Positions 9,416 to 18,072 of a DNA stretch of 64,000 nt are shown piece after piece. Both the position numbers and the translations under genes were made by a program. This DNA comes from Candidatus Bathyarchaeia archaeon (GTDB lineage Archaea > Thermoproteota > CALKCG01 > B24): contig JAVZJD010000001.1 in NCBI GenBank assembly GCA_038870975.1, forward strand, positions 672,001 to 736,000, read 5' to 3'. The notes beneath the pieces were generated by a model, which was not told where the DNA came from, ran no database searches, and was given only the letters and a program-made list of their open reading frames with translations. The number at the start of each line of letters is the position of its first letter. The stretch's first letter is position 1.

Positions 9416-10381
9416 TCATAGCTTCCCCCTCCCTTCGAGAAGTGCATTGAGCCGTGGTTTTGAGAAAGGCTTATAGCGTCTTTTTCTTGCGTGATCTATG
9501 TAGTATTGGGTCTTCCCCACGTTGTAATCCGGCTGGTTCATGAAGACCGCATGTATATCGTCATCTCCATAGCCAGCGTTAAGCATTTCGAATAGTATGG
9601 CAAGCCTTTCCTCATGTGATAGCTCTATCCCCTTTTTAGCCCGCTCTATGAGGAGCTGCACCTCTTTCCTAATACCTTTTGTTGGCTTAAATGAAGTGTG
9701 AGTTTGCCTTCGCCTCTCTTCTTCTCTGAAGATTTCCTCTATAATGGGTTTCAAAAGTGATGGATTCAATCCGTTCTTTTTATGAAAACTCAAGTCCACG
9801 TCTTCTGGACTTAATGCCTCCCCCCTCTCGTCGATTGGCTGGCAGGGTCTTTGTGTCTCTTCATGTATTGTATAAGGAAGGCGTGATATCCGCTTTACGT
9901 CGCCTAATGGATTCCGATCAACGGTCTTCAAATTCAGACCCATTAAGAGCTTTGACTGGAGGATCCTCATCGCTTCCTTGGCGTAATTTTCAAGTCCATT
10001 AATTGAAACGGGCTCACTGAAGAAGACGTAGACGTGGCATCCCTTGGAACCGCTCAGAGTTAGAAAGGGCTCTACGGAATAGAACTTCTTAAGGGTTCTT
10101 GCAAACCTCAACCCCTCCTCCACCGCTCTAGATGGATTTGTTGGGTCGTCAAAGTCGAAAAATAGCTTTTCCAAGTGGGATGGTGTATCGCGCCCTTTAA
10201 ACGGTTGAACGCTTAGAAAAACTGGAAGTCCGTTCTCTTCGTGTTCTTCAATGATGGGAGGCAGTTCGTCAAATTTAATGAAGCGCCTGTCCTTGAATGG
10301 GGAGAAGACCAAAACCTCCCTTCCGCTGAATCCTCCAAACCATTCACTCCAAAACTTCATCGGTCTATCCATCTTATCCAT
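9416..10381 (-). CDS. Archaeo-eukaryotic primase (PriS-like) fused to a PriL-CTD/PriX-like domain
   Basis: LFFDFD, SGSKGCHVY and RISRLPYTIH AEP motifs; C-terminal LSHEERLAIL...F..QPDYN..KTQYYIDH...YKP. Confidence 0.8.
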   Translation of the reverse strand: MDKMDRPMKFWSEWFGGFSGREVLVFSPFKDRRFIKFDELPPIIEEHEENGLPVFLSVQPFKGRDTPSHLEKLFFDFDDPTNPSRAVEEGLRFARTLKKFYSVEPFLTLSGSKGCHVYVFFSEPVSINGLENYAKEAMRILQSKLLMGLNLKTVDRNPLGDVKRISRLPYTIHEETQRPCQPIDERGEALSPEDVDLSFHKKNGLNPSLLKPIIEEIFREEERRRQTHTSFKPTKGIRKEVQLLIERAKKGIELSHEERLAILFEMLNAGYGDDDIHAVFMNQPDYNVGKTQYYIDHARKRRYKPFSKPRLNALLEGRGKL

Positions 10382-12765
10382 CCCTCCCTTGGTTCTATTA
10401 TGAAGCCCCGTTTCACTAGGAGGGTGAAGAACTCGTCAGCTGGACCGTTCAAAGCCTTGGATAATGTCTTCATGAACGGCTGTTTTTCACAGAAGCCGTC
10501 GTCTAGCTTCAATTCATCGTAAATTTTCTTCGCCATTTTAATCCTCTCTTCCATTGTAAGAGAAAAACCATCGTTCTTCTTTTTCTCCATTTCCTTTTTA
10601 ATCTTCGCATAGCAATTTTCACACATTAAAACTATTTTTCCATCCATATTCACCTTATTGTACGGAATCGCTTCATTTCCACATACTTCACACTCAGTCT
10701 TATCCTTCACAAATGCAAGTATTCTGAAGTCTTCACTCGGACGTAAGGATGAAAGCGTCATGTATGCTTCTGAAACCACTTCGAAGTCCAACTCAAACCT
10801 CAACCTTAACCTTCCATCTTTGTCGAATAGAGCCTTCATCCTACCCAACGGTTTGGAGGACTTCAGCAGAAAATCATAGTCCTTCTTCACTTCTTCCATA
10901 AGGGCTTTATTAGTTAAAATCTTAGAGGCCCACTCGTAAACCTCATCTGCATTGAATGACAGCTCCCTTCCACTCACGGACTTCTCCTTCAAAATTTTAA
11001 ACAACGCTAAACTGTAGGCTTCCCCATAGGGTTTAAGCTTCTCCACTATTTCGCTCAGTTTCTTAGAATTTTCCATGTAACCGGAAATAGGGGATTTTGT
11101 AACCGATGTAACATTGTAACCGATTTTTTGAGGTGTTTCAGTTGAAGTTTTCCATACTTCTTCAATGGAACTTAATGGAGAAATTTTCTCCTCTCCTTTT
11201 CTACTAAATGTTACATCGGTTACAGAGGTTACAAATGGAGAAGCCGCTAAGTTGAAGAAATACTTGTTATACATTTTCTCTATAACGGCGTTTTTAAACT
11301 TCCATGAACGCTTCACTTCACTGCCTTCCCGTTTTAACCCCCGTTCTCCTTTAAAAGCTTCCTTCAGCCTTCTACCAAGTTTCTGCCTAGAAACATCTTC
11401 ATCGAGAACATCTGAGATGATTTTACCGTCGTTGCTGACTTCACCGTTCACCACGCTAGTCAACTTCTCAAAGATTTCATCAAGCGTGAATTCCATAGAA
11501 TCACCAGATACTCCGTCCTTCTCTTCCTCCATCAGCTCATGAAGGGACTTGGCGATGTAGGCTTCAAGTGTTTCCAGTCTAGCCTTCCTCTGCGCTTGAA
11601 TGAAGTATCCTGCACATCTCCTGGCTTCTTCGATGCAACCTAGAACATTGGCTGCCTTCAAAAACGGATACCACAATTCCCGTTCTCTACCTATCAGGGG
11701 ATACTTATACTCTGAACCGTTTTCGCTGATGAGGACATATGGCTCTACATCGCTGAGACCTTCCTTGAACAGCTTCAACCTTAGCTTTAAAAGCGACAGC
11801 CTTATTTTTGAAGCCTCCATACGGTCGCTATCATCTAGGTCCTGCCTTTCAGGGATACCGTATACCATTGGAATTATGATGAACCGCTCTAGAAGCCCTT
11901 TCGCTTTAGAACCCATGGGAAGTTTCTCGGAAGCAGCCATTTTAAAGCAGAACGCGTTATAGTGGACCTGCCTCCTTTTACCCGTCTTTTCACTGATAAT
12001 GATTCGTGAAACTTTCGCCCCTCTTTGAAACCCAACCTTCCATATCCTACGCTTATCCTCCTTACTAATCAAGTCATCCGCCTCATCCTCCAATATGACG
12101 CCTTTAGTTGGCTTTTCTTCACTACCCAAGTATTCGTATAGATCTGCGGCCGGAAGGTCGACGGTCCACAGTGGTCTAAAGGCGATAAGATTAAGAACAC
12201 GGAGGGCCTTAGACTTGCCTGAGTTCGTGTCTCCTATGAGGAACACATAGTGGAGTGTCTCCATTAAGTCTTGGAGATATCCGAGGAACACATCGATTGC
12301 TAATAGTGTTAAGGCTTCAGGCTCCACCACGACCCTCTTAGCTATGAAGTCTTTGACGCTCCTATAAAGCCCCGCAGGATTCACATCCCCATCCCACTTC
12401 TCAGAGAGTCCGTATTGGATGTATGGTAGAGATTTTGGATTAATAGGGATGATCCTTACGGTCCTTCCACTCTCATCTTCTTCCATTATTTCTTTAACGA
12501 GTTGAAACTTTCCATCATACGTCAGAAATGCTGAAGCTCCACTTTTATCGATTACACTTTCATAAAGGGCTGCGTTGTGAATATAATTAACGGCTTCGAT
12601 GTTTTTCACTTTCTCTCCAATTTTCACTTCAGTTTCAATTTTTAGAATAGAGCCGCATTTTAAACAATGTAGGGCTTCAGAAGGATTAATCGCATAGCAT
12701 TTGGGACATTGGATTATTTCACTCCCTTGAGAAATACTTAAATTAGCCTTACTACTTTCATTCAT
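10357..12765 (-). CDS. Large P-loop ATPase/putative replicative helicase with Zn ribbons and C-terminal wHTH
   Basis: Walker A GDTNSGKS, Walker B VILEDE, LLERF arginine-finger-like motif; CxxC pairs at the N-terminus and near the C-terminus; overlaps the primase gene. Confidence 0.65.
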   Translation of the reverse strand: MNESSKANLSISQGSEIIQCPKCYAINPSEALHCLKCGSILKIETEVKIGEKVKNIEAVNYIHNAALYESVIDKSGASAFLTYDGKFQLVKEIMEEDESGRTVRIIPINPKSLPYIQYGLSEKWDGDVNPAGLYRSVKDFIAKRVVVEPEALTLLAIDVFLGYLQDLMETLHYVFLIGDTNSGKSKALRVLNLIAFRPLWTVDLPAADLYEYLGSEEKPTKGVILEDEADDLISKEDKRRIWKVGFQRGAKVSRIIISEKTGKRRQVHYNAFCFKMAASEKLPMGSKAKGLLERFIIIPMVYGIPERQDLDDSDRMEASKIRLSLLKLRLKLFKEGLSDVEPYVLISENGSEYKYPLIGRERELWYPFLKAANVLGCIEEARRCAGYFIQAQRKARLETLEAYIAKSLHELMEEEKDGVSGDSMEFTLDEIFEKLTSVVNGEVSNDGKIISDVLDEDVSRQKLGRRLKEAFKGERGLKREGSEVKRSWKFKNAVIEKMYNKYFFNLAASPFVTSVTDVTFSRKGEEKISPLSSIEEVWKTSTETPQKIGYNVTSVTKSPISGYMENSKKLSEIVEKLKPYGEAYSLALFKILKEKSVSGRELSFNADEVYEWASKILTNKALMEEVKKDYDFLLKSSKPLGRMKALFDKDGRLRLRFELDFEVVSEAYMTLSSLRPSEDFRILAFVKDKTECEVCGNEAIPYNKVNMDGKIVLMCENCYAKIKKEMEKKKNDGFSLTMEERIKMAKKIYDELKLDDGFCEKQPFMKTLSKALNGPADEFFTLLVKRGFIIEPREGWIRWIDR
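11098..11233. repeat. Two inverted arrays of three TGTAAC-core 8-9-mers (putative iterons/origin)
   Basis: TGTAACCGA TGTAACAT TGTAACCGA (11098-11123) and ATGTTACA TCGGTTACA GAGGTTACA (11208-11233); 18-bp perfect IR 11098-11115/11207-11224. Confidence 0.7.
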
Positions 12766-12793
12766 TTTAAGCGCCCCCTACTCTTTCTACGAA

Positions 12794-13006
12794 TTATGCC
12801 CCCTTCATTCTAAAAACACGCACGTATCCATACCTAGCCTCTTCCACAACACCTTCCTTCACGAGCCTCATTAAATGCTTCTTTGCCGTTATCGGCTGAA
12901 CCCTCGTTTTTTCGGCCACTTCCTTTAGGCTCAATCCTCGGACGCCAGCGGCCTTGATGGCGTCTATAATAGCCCTTCTCTTTTCTTCTAGAGGTTGCAA
13001 TCGCAT
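12794..13006 (-). CDS. Small winged HTH protein (Cro-like early regulator)
   Basis: LSLKEVAEKTRVQPITAKKHLMRLVKEGVV wHTH signature; GGTGA SD. Confidence 0.75.
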   Translation of the reverse strand: MRLQPLEEKRRAIIDAIKAAGVRGLSLKEVAEKTRVQPITAKKHLMRLVKEGVVEEARYGYVRVFRMKGA

Positions 13007-13093
13007 GTTCTCACCTTTTTTGAGGATGCATGACTATATATAAACTTTATTTGGTATATATTTTCTTCCGTAATTTTTCCATGCTTTTCTTTC

Positions 13094-13111
13094 CTTATCT
13101 TTTAAGATAAG
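13094..13111. promoter_or_regulatory. Palindromic operator between divergent regulators
   Basis: CTTATCTT-TT-AAGATAAG next to TATA-like TATATA boxes in the 13007-13144 spacer. Confidence 0.5.
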
Positions 13112-13144
13112 TATATATTCTGGTTTTTCTTACATAGAGAATAT

Positions 13145-14074
13145 ATGTCTTCGATTCCTGAGCTTTCAGAGCCAGAGGTCTCGCTCCTGATCTACCTATT
13201 CCTAAAGCCAAACTATCCATATGCGATTGCGAAGGACTTTAAGGAGGCACAGTTTAGGATTAAGAGCCTATGGCACCCAATGAAAATCTATCCCGTTATG
13301 GAGAGTTTAGCGGAAAAAGGCTTGGTAATATGGAAAGAAGGAGAAAGTGAGGGAAGACGGATGAGAATTTTCTATGTTAACATAGAGGCGATTTCGAAAA
13401 TTATTTCCAACATCGTTGAGAAGGTGACAGAAAAACATCAAGACTTTCCAAGCCCCCTTTTCGCAGAAAGAGGTCTTCTTTATCTTTACGACTTCTTAAG
13501 AGCAACTTCGCCCAACTGGGCAGAAAATCCCGTTCAAGTCCTCAAACGCTTCAAAAAGCTCGACTTCTTCACTTTTTTGCTCTTCATTGACATTCTCGCG
13601 AAAGAGATGATGACAGTCGCGGACCTCGCACAGCTACTCTTGGGGGACAACATCGTTTACATCCACGAAGGCTATAAAGGGCCCGTTGAGCCTTTAATAG
13701 AGCCAGAAGGAGAAGAGAGGGTTAAAAGTTATCTTTTTGGATGGGGTGCTGAGAACGTGGATTTAGAGCCCTATCTACGCCTTGTCAAAGAGTTCATAAA
13801 GTTTAAAATGACGAAAAAAATTAAGCCTGAACTCCTTGACTTTGAAGTTCTGAAGTCCAAGGTTGAAGAGACGTTTGTGCGAGCAATTGTAGGGGATGAG
13901 GGGGATAGGCCCCTTCTCTTAGGTTCAAAGCTACTTAAAAGCATAAAAATTAAGGAAGAGTTCAAAACGCCCGAAGAGTTCGAAATGGCGTTGAGGAGAA
14001 GAATGGTTGAAAATTTCATGCATTTTCGGAGAGAAAGGCATCTTCAAAAAAGAAACGAACAGAAAGAGGGCTAA
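13145..14074 (+). CDS. PadR-like wHTH transcriptional regulator with extended C-terminal domain
   Basis: PNYPYAIAK...KIYPVMESLAEKGLV...GRRMRIFYV wHTH pattern; divergent from the replication operon. Confidence 0.6.
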   Translation: MSSIPELSEPEVSLLIYLFLKPNYPYAIAKDFKEAQFRIKSLWHPMKIYPVMESLAEKGLVIWKEGESEGRRMRIFYVNIEAISKIISNIVEKVTEKHQDFPSPLFAERGLLYLYDFLRATSPNWAENPVQVLKRFKKLDFFTFLLFIDILAKEMMTVADLAQLLLGDNIVYIHEGYKGPVEPLIEPEGEERVKSYLFGWGAENVDLEPYLRLVKEFIKFKMTKKIKPELLDFEVLKSKVEETFVRAIVGDEGDRPLLLGSKLLKSIKIKEEFKTPEEFEMALRRRMVENFMHFRRERHLQKRNEQKEG

Positions 14075-14280
14075 TAGTATATTTTTGCTAATAAAAGTAT
14101 ATAATTTGAACAAGGTTTCTAAATCATTTTCTATGATGGGTTCGAAGGCCTGTTCTAGGCTAGCCCCTTCCTTAGTTTTTCATGATATATCGCTGATAGT
14201 AATGATCGCTTTGAACCCATGAACATAAGTAAGTTGAGCTTACATTATGTTGGAATGGAGGCGTATATGCGGACGTTTAA

Positions 14281-14553
14281 TTAATGGACGTTGCGTACGA
14301 TTTGCTTCGCTTCTTTTAACAGCCCCGCTACAAGTCTTCCCTTCTCGCTGAGCGAATAATATGTCCGTATGGGTTTTGATGCCACAACCCTGCGTTTGAT
14401 TAAGCCCTCTTCATCCAATTCTTTTAATATTATGGATAGTGTGCCTCTGCTTGGGATGAGTTTCAATAAGTCTGCATACCTAGCCTCGCCTCTATCGTAG
14501 AGGAACAATATGACTTTAACAGATGGAGTGTTTAACATGGATGAAATCTTCAA
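14281..14553 (-). CDS. HxlR-family wHTH regulator
   Basis: ARYADL..LIPSRGTLSIILKELDEEGLIKR...PIRTYYSLSEKG; real start may be ATG 14538. Confidence 0.8.
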   Translation of the reverse strand: MKISSMLNTPSVKVILFLYDRGEARYADLLKLIPSRGTLSIILKELDEEGLIKRRVVASKPIRTYYSLSEKGRLVAGLLKEAKQIVRNVH

Positions 14554-14616
14554 GTCCTTCTAAATTGAATGAACAACGTCTAACTCATAACATCATAACA
14601 CGGAAAATAGAGCATG

Positions 14617-14632
14617 GTTCATTAATATGAAC
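14617..14632. promoter_or_regulatory. Palindromic operator GTTCAT-TAAT-ATGAAC
   Basis: 6-bp IR between the divergent HxlR-like and nuclease genes; an extra ATGAAC half-site at ~14569. Confidence 0.4.
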
Positions 14633-14640
14633 TGTTAAAT

Positions 14641-15336
14641 ATGACTTCAAATTACTCTAAATTGAGTATGGTTGTTAAAGTCGTCAGCAAGTCTGAGGCG
14701 AAGTACGGTTTTATTCTTCTACCAAGGGAGGCTAGGCCCAGGACCCTTCCAACCAGAGTATCCGTGGTTGTTGGAGAAGTTAGACTCGGCGACGTACGGG
14801 TCGATAGGTATGCCCGCTTATGGCTTGGAAGATCAAAAATCTCTGAAACCCGTCTTAAAGAAGGCTTAAAGGTGGAGCTTGAGTGGACTTCACCTAGTGA
14901 GCTTAAGGTAACACTTTTAGAAGCCGTTACAACGCCATCTGAGAGCCCGGACCACAACGCTATTAGGGATATGCTCTACGAGATTGGAGAGTTGAAGGGT
15001 AAGTTAGCGTTGAAAGAGTATCCAATAGATAGCATGAGGATTGACATTGTATGGAAGAAGATAGAGAAAGCCAATCCATACGCAGTATTTGAAGTTCAAA
15101 TAGGTGGAAATTTCTTTGAAGCACTTACAAAACTCAAGCACGCTTGGGACCTTTGGAACGCTACACCTTTCCTAGTTACGACTGAGGAGTACGTGGATAG
15201 AGCCTTAAAACTAGTCGAGGGGTCGTTTCATGAGATAAAACACGTAATCAGAATATTGAACTGGGAGTCGGTGAGAGAATTATACAATATGTTGAAAAGA
15301 GTGAGAGAATTAGAGGCTGAAATGAGGCTACTGTGA
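14641..15336 (+). CDS. PD-(D/E)XK nuclease with N-terminal beta-barrel (B3/AbrB-like) domain; putative restriction/defence nuclease
   Basis: H..I..ML.EIG...EY....RIDIVW...AVFEVQ nuclease core; N-terminal VSKSEAKYGFILLP...RVDRYARLW beta-rich domain. Confidence 0.65.
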   Translation: MTSNYSKLSMVVKVVSKSEAKYGFILLPREARPRTLPTRVSVVVGEVRLGDVRVDRYARLWLGRSKISETRLKEGLKVELEWTSPSELKVTLLEAVTTPSESPDHNAIRDMLYEIGELKGKLALKEYPIDSMRIDIVWKKIEKANPYAVFEVQIGGNFFEALTKLKHAWDLWNATPFLVTTEEYVDRALKLVEGSFHEIKHVIRILNWESVRELYNMLKRVRELEAEMRLL

Positions 15337-15744
15337 TTTTTAATGAAAATGTCAAGCCTAATGAAATTGTGAAGAAAAATAGAATAAATCCACGGGAGCA
15401 CCAGTGATATGCCAATAATTTTATTTAGAGGAGAATCTAGAATACATTCTAGAGAGGGGCATGCCCATTAAATTTGCTGACGTTAGAGTGGATAATCAAT
15501 GAAATACGTGATGATTTATCAGCTCGAGCAGTCCACCTAGCTCCTTCAACTCCTTGAGCATCACGGTTGGTTGATATTGGCTTCCTTAAGCTCCCTCTAC
15601 TTCTCAAGAAGATTAGTAGTGGTTATAGGTGATTGGAGGAATGACCTTGAAAATTGGTGGAAATAACCTGTATAACATACCACGTAATTGATTCGACGGG
15701 CAAAAGTTAAAAAGGTCACCTGAATAAATATTAATAGTGATTCC

Positions 15745-16704
15745 ATGAGGCTTTTCTTTCCCCTAAATTTTAACATAGAAGTTCTGACTAAGGTCAAGCA
15801 TTTATATACGTGGGAGGACCATCAGAAAAATCCGATATTAGAGGTCACAGAAGCCAAAGATTGGGTTGCAGATCCAACAATAATAACTCCAGAGCAGAGC
15901 CCAGACGGATATTGGCATATGTTTTGCTGTGGAGGCTTAGGCTTGAAACATTACAGATCTACTGATGGATTAGAATGGAGTTTCTTGGAGATCCTAGACT
16001 TAGGTTACTCACCTTATGTCTTCGTAGAAGACAACAAATACTACCTATTTTACCAGAAGGGGTCTAAAAATGAGACTTACATAGTATGCCGTAAATCGGA
16101 AGACTTAAAAAATTGGAGCGACTTCAGCATTATACTCAGAGGGGATTTACTATGGGAGATGGGACTTAAAGGTGAACCATATGTTAGAAATCCATGCATT
16201 CTAAAACTATTCGATAAATACCTGCTCTACTACAGTGCGAGTTATACGCTTCTACCAGATACTGGTTACGATGAACCGTTATTCATAGGGTTGGCCGTAT
16301 CGACGGAAGGAATAACTGGTCCTTATATTAAAAATCCCGAGCCAATAGTTAAACCGGACTTTTTAGACCCGTGGAGGAATCTCGGAGCAGGAGCTATGAA
16401 GGTGTATTATGACTATAGGCTTAATCTACTACTGGGATTTGAAAATGGTATATACATAGGCTTAGATGGACATACACATTCGGCTTTACACCTATTAGCA
16501 TCGTTTGACGGGGTAAATTGGATGGACTCTCCATATAACCCCATTTTAAAGCCAGAAGGCTACGGGTGGAAGAGTGCATTTGTCTATCAATGTGACGTTA
16601 AAAGGGTTGAAGACAAGCTATACCTTTATTACAACGCTAGAGATGGATGGAAAGATGCTACCGAGAGAATAGGATTAGCCTTATGCAGAATTAAAGACGT
16701 CTGA
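15745..16704 (+). CDS. Five-bladed beta-propeller glycoside hydrolase (GH43/GH32/GH130-like clan)
   Basis: NPIL..WVADPTI, S.DGLEW and SEDLKNW Asp-boxes, RNPCI, LYYNA...ERIGLA. Confidence 0.8.
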   Translation: MRLFFPLNFNIEVLTKVKHLYTWEDHQKNPILEVTEAKDWVADPTIITPEQSPDGYWHMFCCGGLGLKHYRSTDGLEWSFLEILDLGYSPYVFVEDNKYYLFYQKGSKNETYIVCRKSEDLKNWSDFSIILRGDLLWEMGLKGEPYVRNPCILKLFDKYLLYYSASYTLLPDTGYDEPLFIGLAVSTEGITGPYIKNPEPIVKPDFLDPWRNLGAGAMKVYYDYRLNLLLGFENGIYIGLDGHTHSALHLLASFDGVNWMDSPYNPILKPEGYGWKSAFVYQCDVKRVEDKLYLYYNARDGWKDATERIGLALCRIKDV

Positions 16705-16786
16705 AAACTATTTTAAATTTTTTAGTTAGTTCTCTTATGGAATTGAGAAAGCTTTCTGATGAGGCTTTACTATAGAGGAAAGAAGT

Positions 16787-17917
16787 ATGGAGAAATCGAA
16801 ATTTCAAAGCATAACGAATTTGAGAGAACGCATTGGACTTAATTTTATTAGACCTGATGTTAACCGTCCGGGAAATCATGACTTTATAAATAGCGGAGTT
16901 TTTCTTGTGTCTCAATTTAAACAATTAGGAGTTAAGTGGAATAGACTTGCCTTCTCTTGGGTTTTAATACAACCGAAGAAAGGGGAATATAATTGGACAC
17001 CATATGATCAAATCGTTGACGTATGCAGAAAAGAAGGAATTAATATATTGGCTACAATAGGCGGTCATTTCGATAATCCTTCGGTTCCAACATGGGCAGG
17101 GAATTCTCTTGCAGAAGTTGTTAGAGTTAATCCGAAGGCATTAGAAGGCTTTGTTGAGTCCTTGGCTCAACGATATAGAAAGTATATCCATCATTGGGAA
17201 GTTTTTAACGAACCAGCAAGTTTTCATAAGGGCTTAACAGTGATGGAATATATAGAGAAAATCTTGAAGCCAAGCTATAATATCATTAAATCTATAGATT
17301 CCAAGTCAAAGGTTCTGCCATGCTCTTATCGACATTTACCGGCTATTGGCAACAAAGAAGACTTTTGGAATGTTGCAAGAGGATACTATGACATTCAAAA
17401 CATCCACATATACGTAGACTGGGGAAAATTCCGAAAACAATCTATTGCAGATAAAGAAATTGAAGAAGCCAAAAGATTCCGAGAACTGATGGTGAAGTAT
17501 GGTGAAGAAGATAAGAATTTTTGGATAACAGAAATAGGATGGTGGGGTACCGCCTCAATCACAGGCAGTATCTATGAATTCTATAAGGAGGACCCAATTT
17601 CTCACGTTGAACTTAAGCCCTTCTATACTGGAAGGGAGATTCTTGAACATCCAATAGTTAATCGAGAAGATAGTTTTCGTGCTGAATGGATGAAGGATCT
17701 GTTTCCACGCATATTATCCGTTCCAGGTTGTGAGAAAGTGTTTTTGTGGGCATCAATGGATGAGTTTGAAGGTGGTTATGATCCAAATACATTATACGGT
17801 AGAAGCATGGAAAACACAACTGTCCGTCAAGTCGATTTATGGGGTATTATAGCTGGAGATAGAACTTGGCGAAAAAGTGCTCTTGCTCTTTCCGTAATTC
17901 TAAAAAAATCTCCTTAG
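16787..17917 (+). CDS. Clan GH-A TIM-barrel glycoside hydrolase (GH39/GH5/GH42-like)
   Basis: LGVKWNRLAFSW..IQPKKGEYNW, WEVFNEP (acid/base), FWITEIGW (nucleophile). Confidence 0.8.
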   Translation: MEKSKFQSITNLRERIGLNFIRPDVNRPGNHDFINSGVFLVSQFKQLGVKWNRLAFSWVLIQPKKGEYNWTPYDQIVDVCRKEGINILATIGGHFDNPSVPTWAGNSLAEVVRVNPKALEGFVESLAQRYRKYIHHWEVFNEPASFHKGLTVMEYIEKILKPSYNIIKSIDSKSKVLPCSYRHLPAIGNKEDFWNVARGYYDIQNIHIYVDWGKFRKQSIADKEIEEAKRFRELMVKYGEEDKNFWITEIGWWGTASITGSIYEFYKEDPISHVELKPFYTGREILEHPIVNREDSFRAEWMKDLFPRILSVPGCEKVFLWASMDEFEGGYDPNTLYGRSMENTTVRQVDLWGIIAGDRTWRKSALALSVILKKSP

Positions 17918-18072
17918 AAATACAACCAAAAAATTTATATATTGGAGGGGAAAAGACGAAAATAGAGCGAAGGCTAGAATGAATTAGAACACTGCCTAAT
18001 GGTTTCAAAATACTCCTTGAGACTTTAAACTTACTCCTTAGGAGTATAGATGAAAAACTTTTAGAAAAAAGT

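Noticed and set aside
16756-16805. Second CTGATGA...GAAA hammerhead-like motif
   Set aside because: No supporting stems
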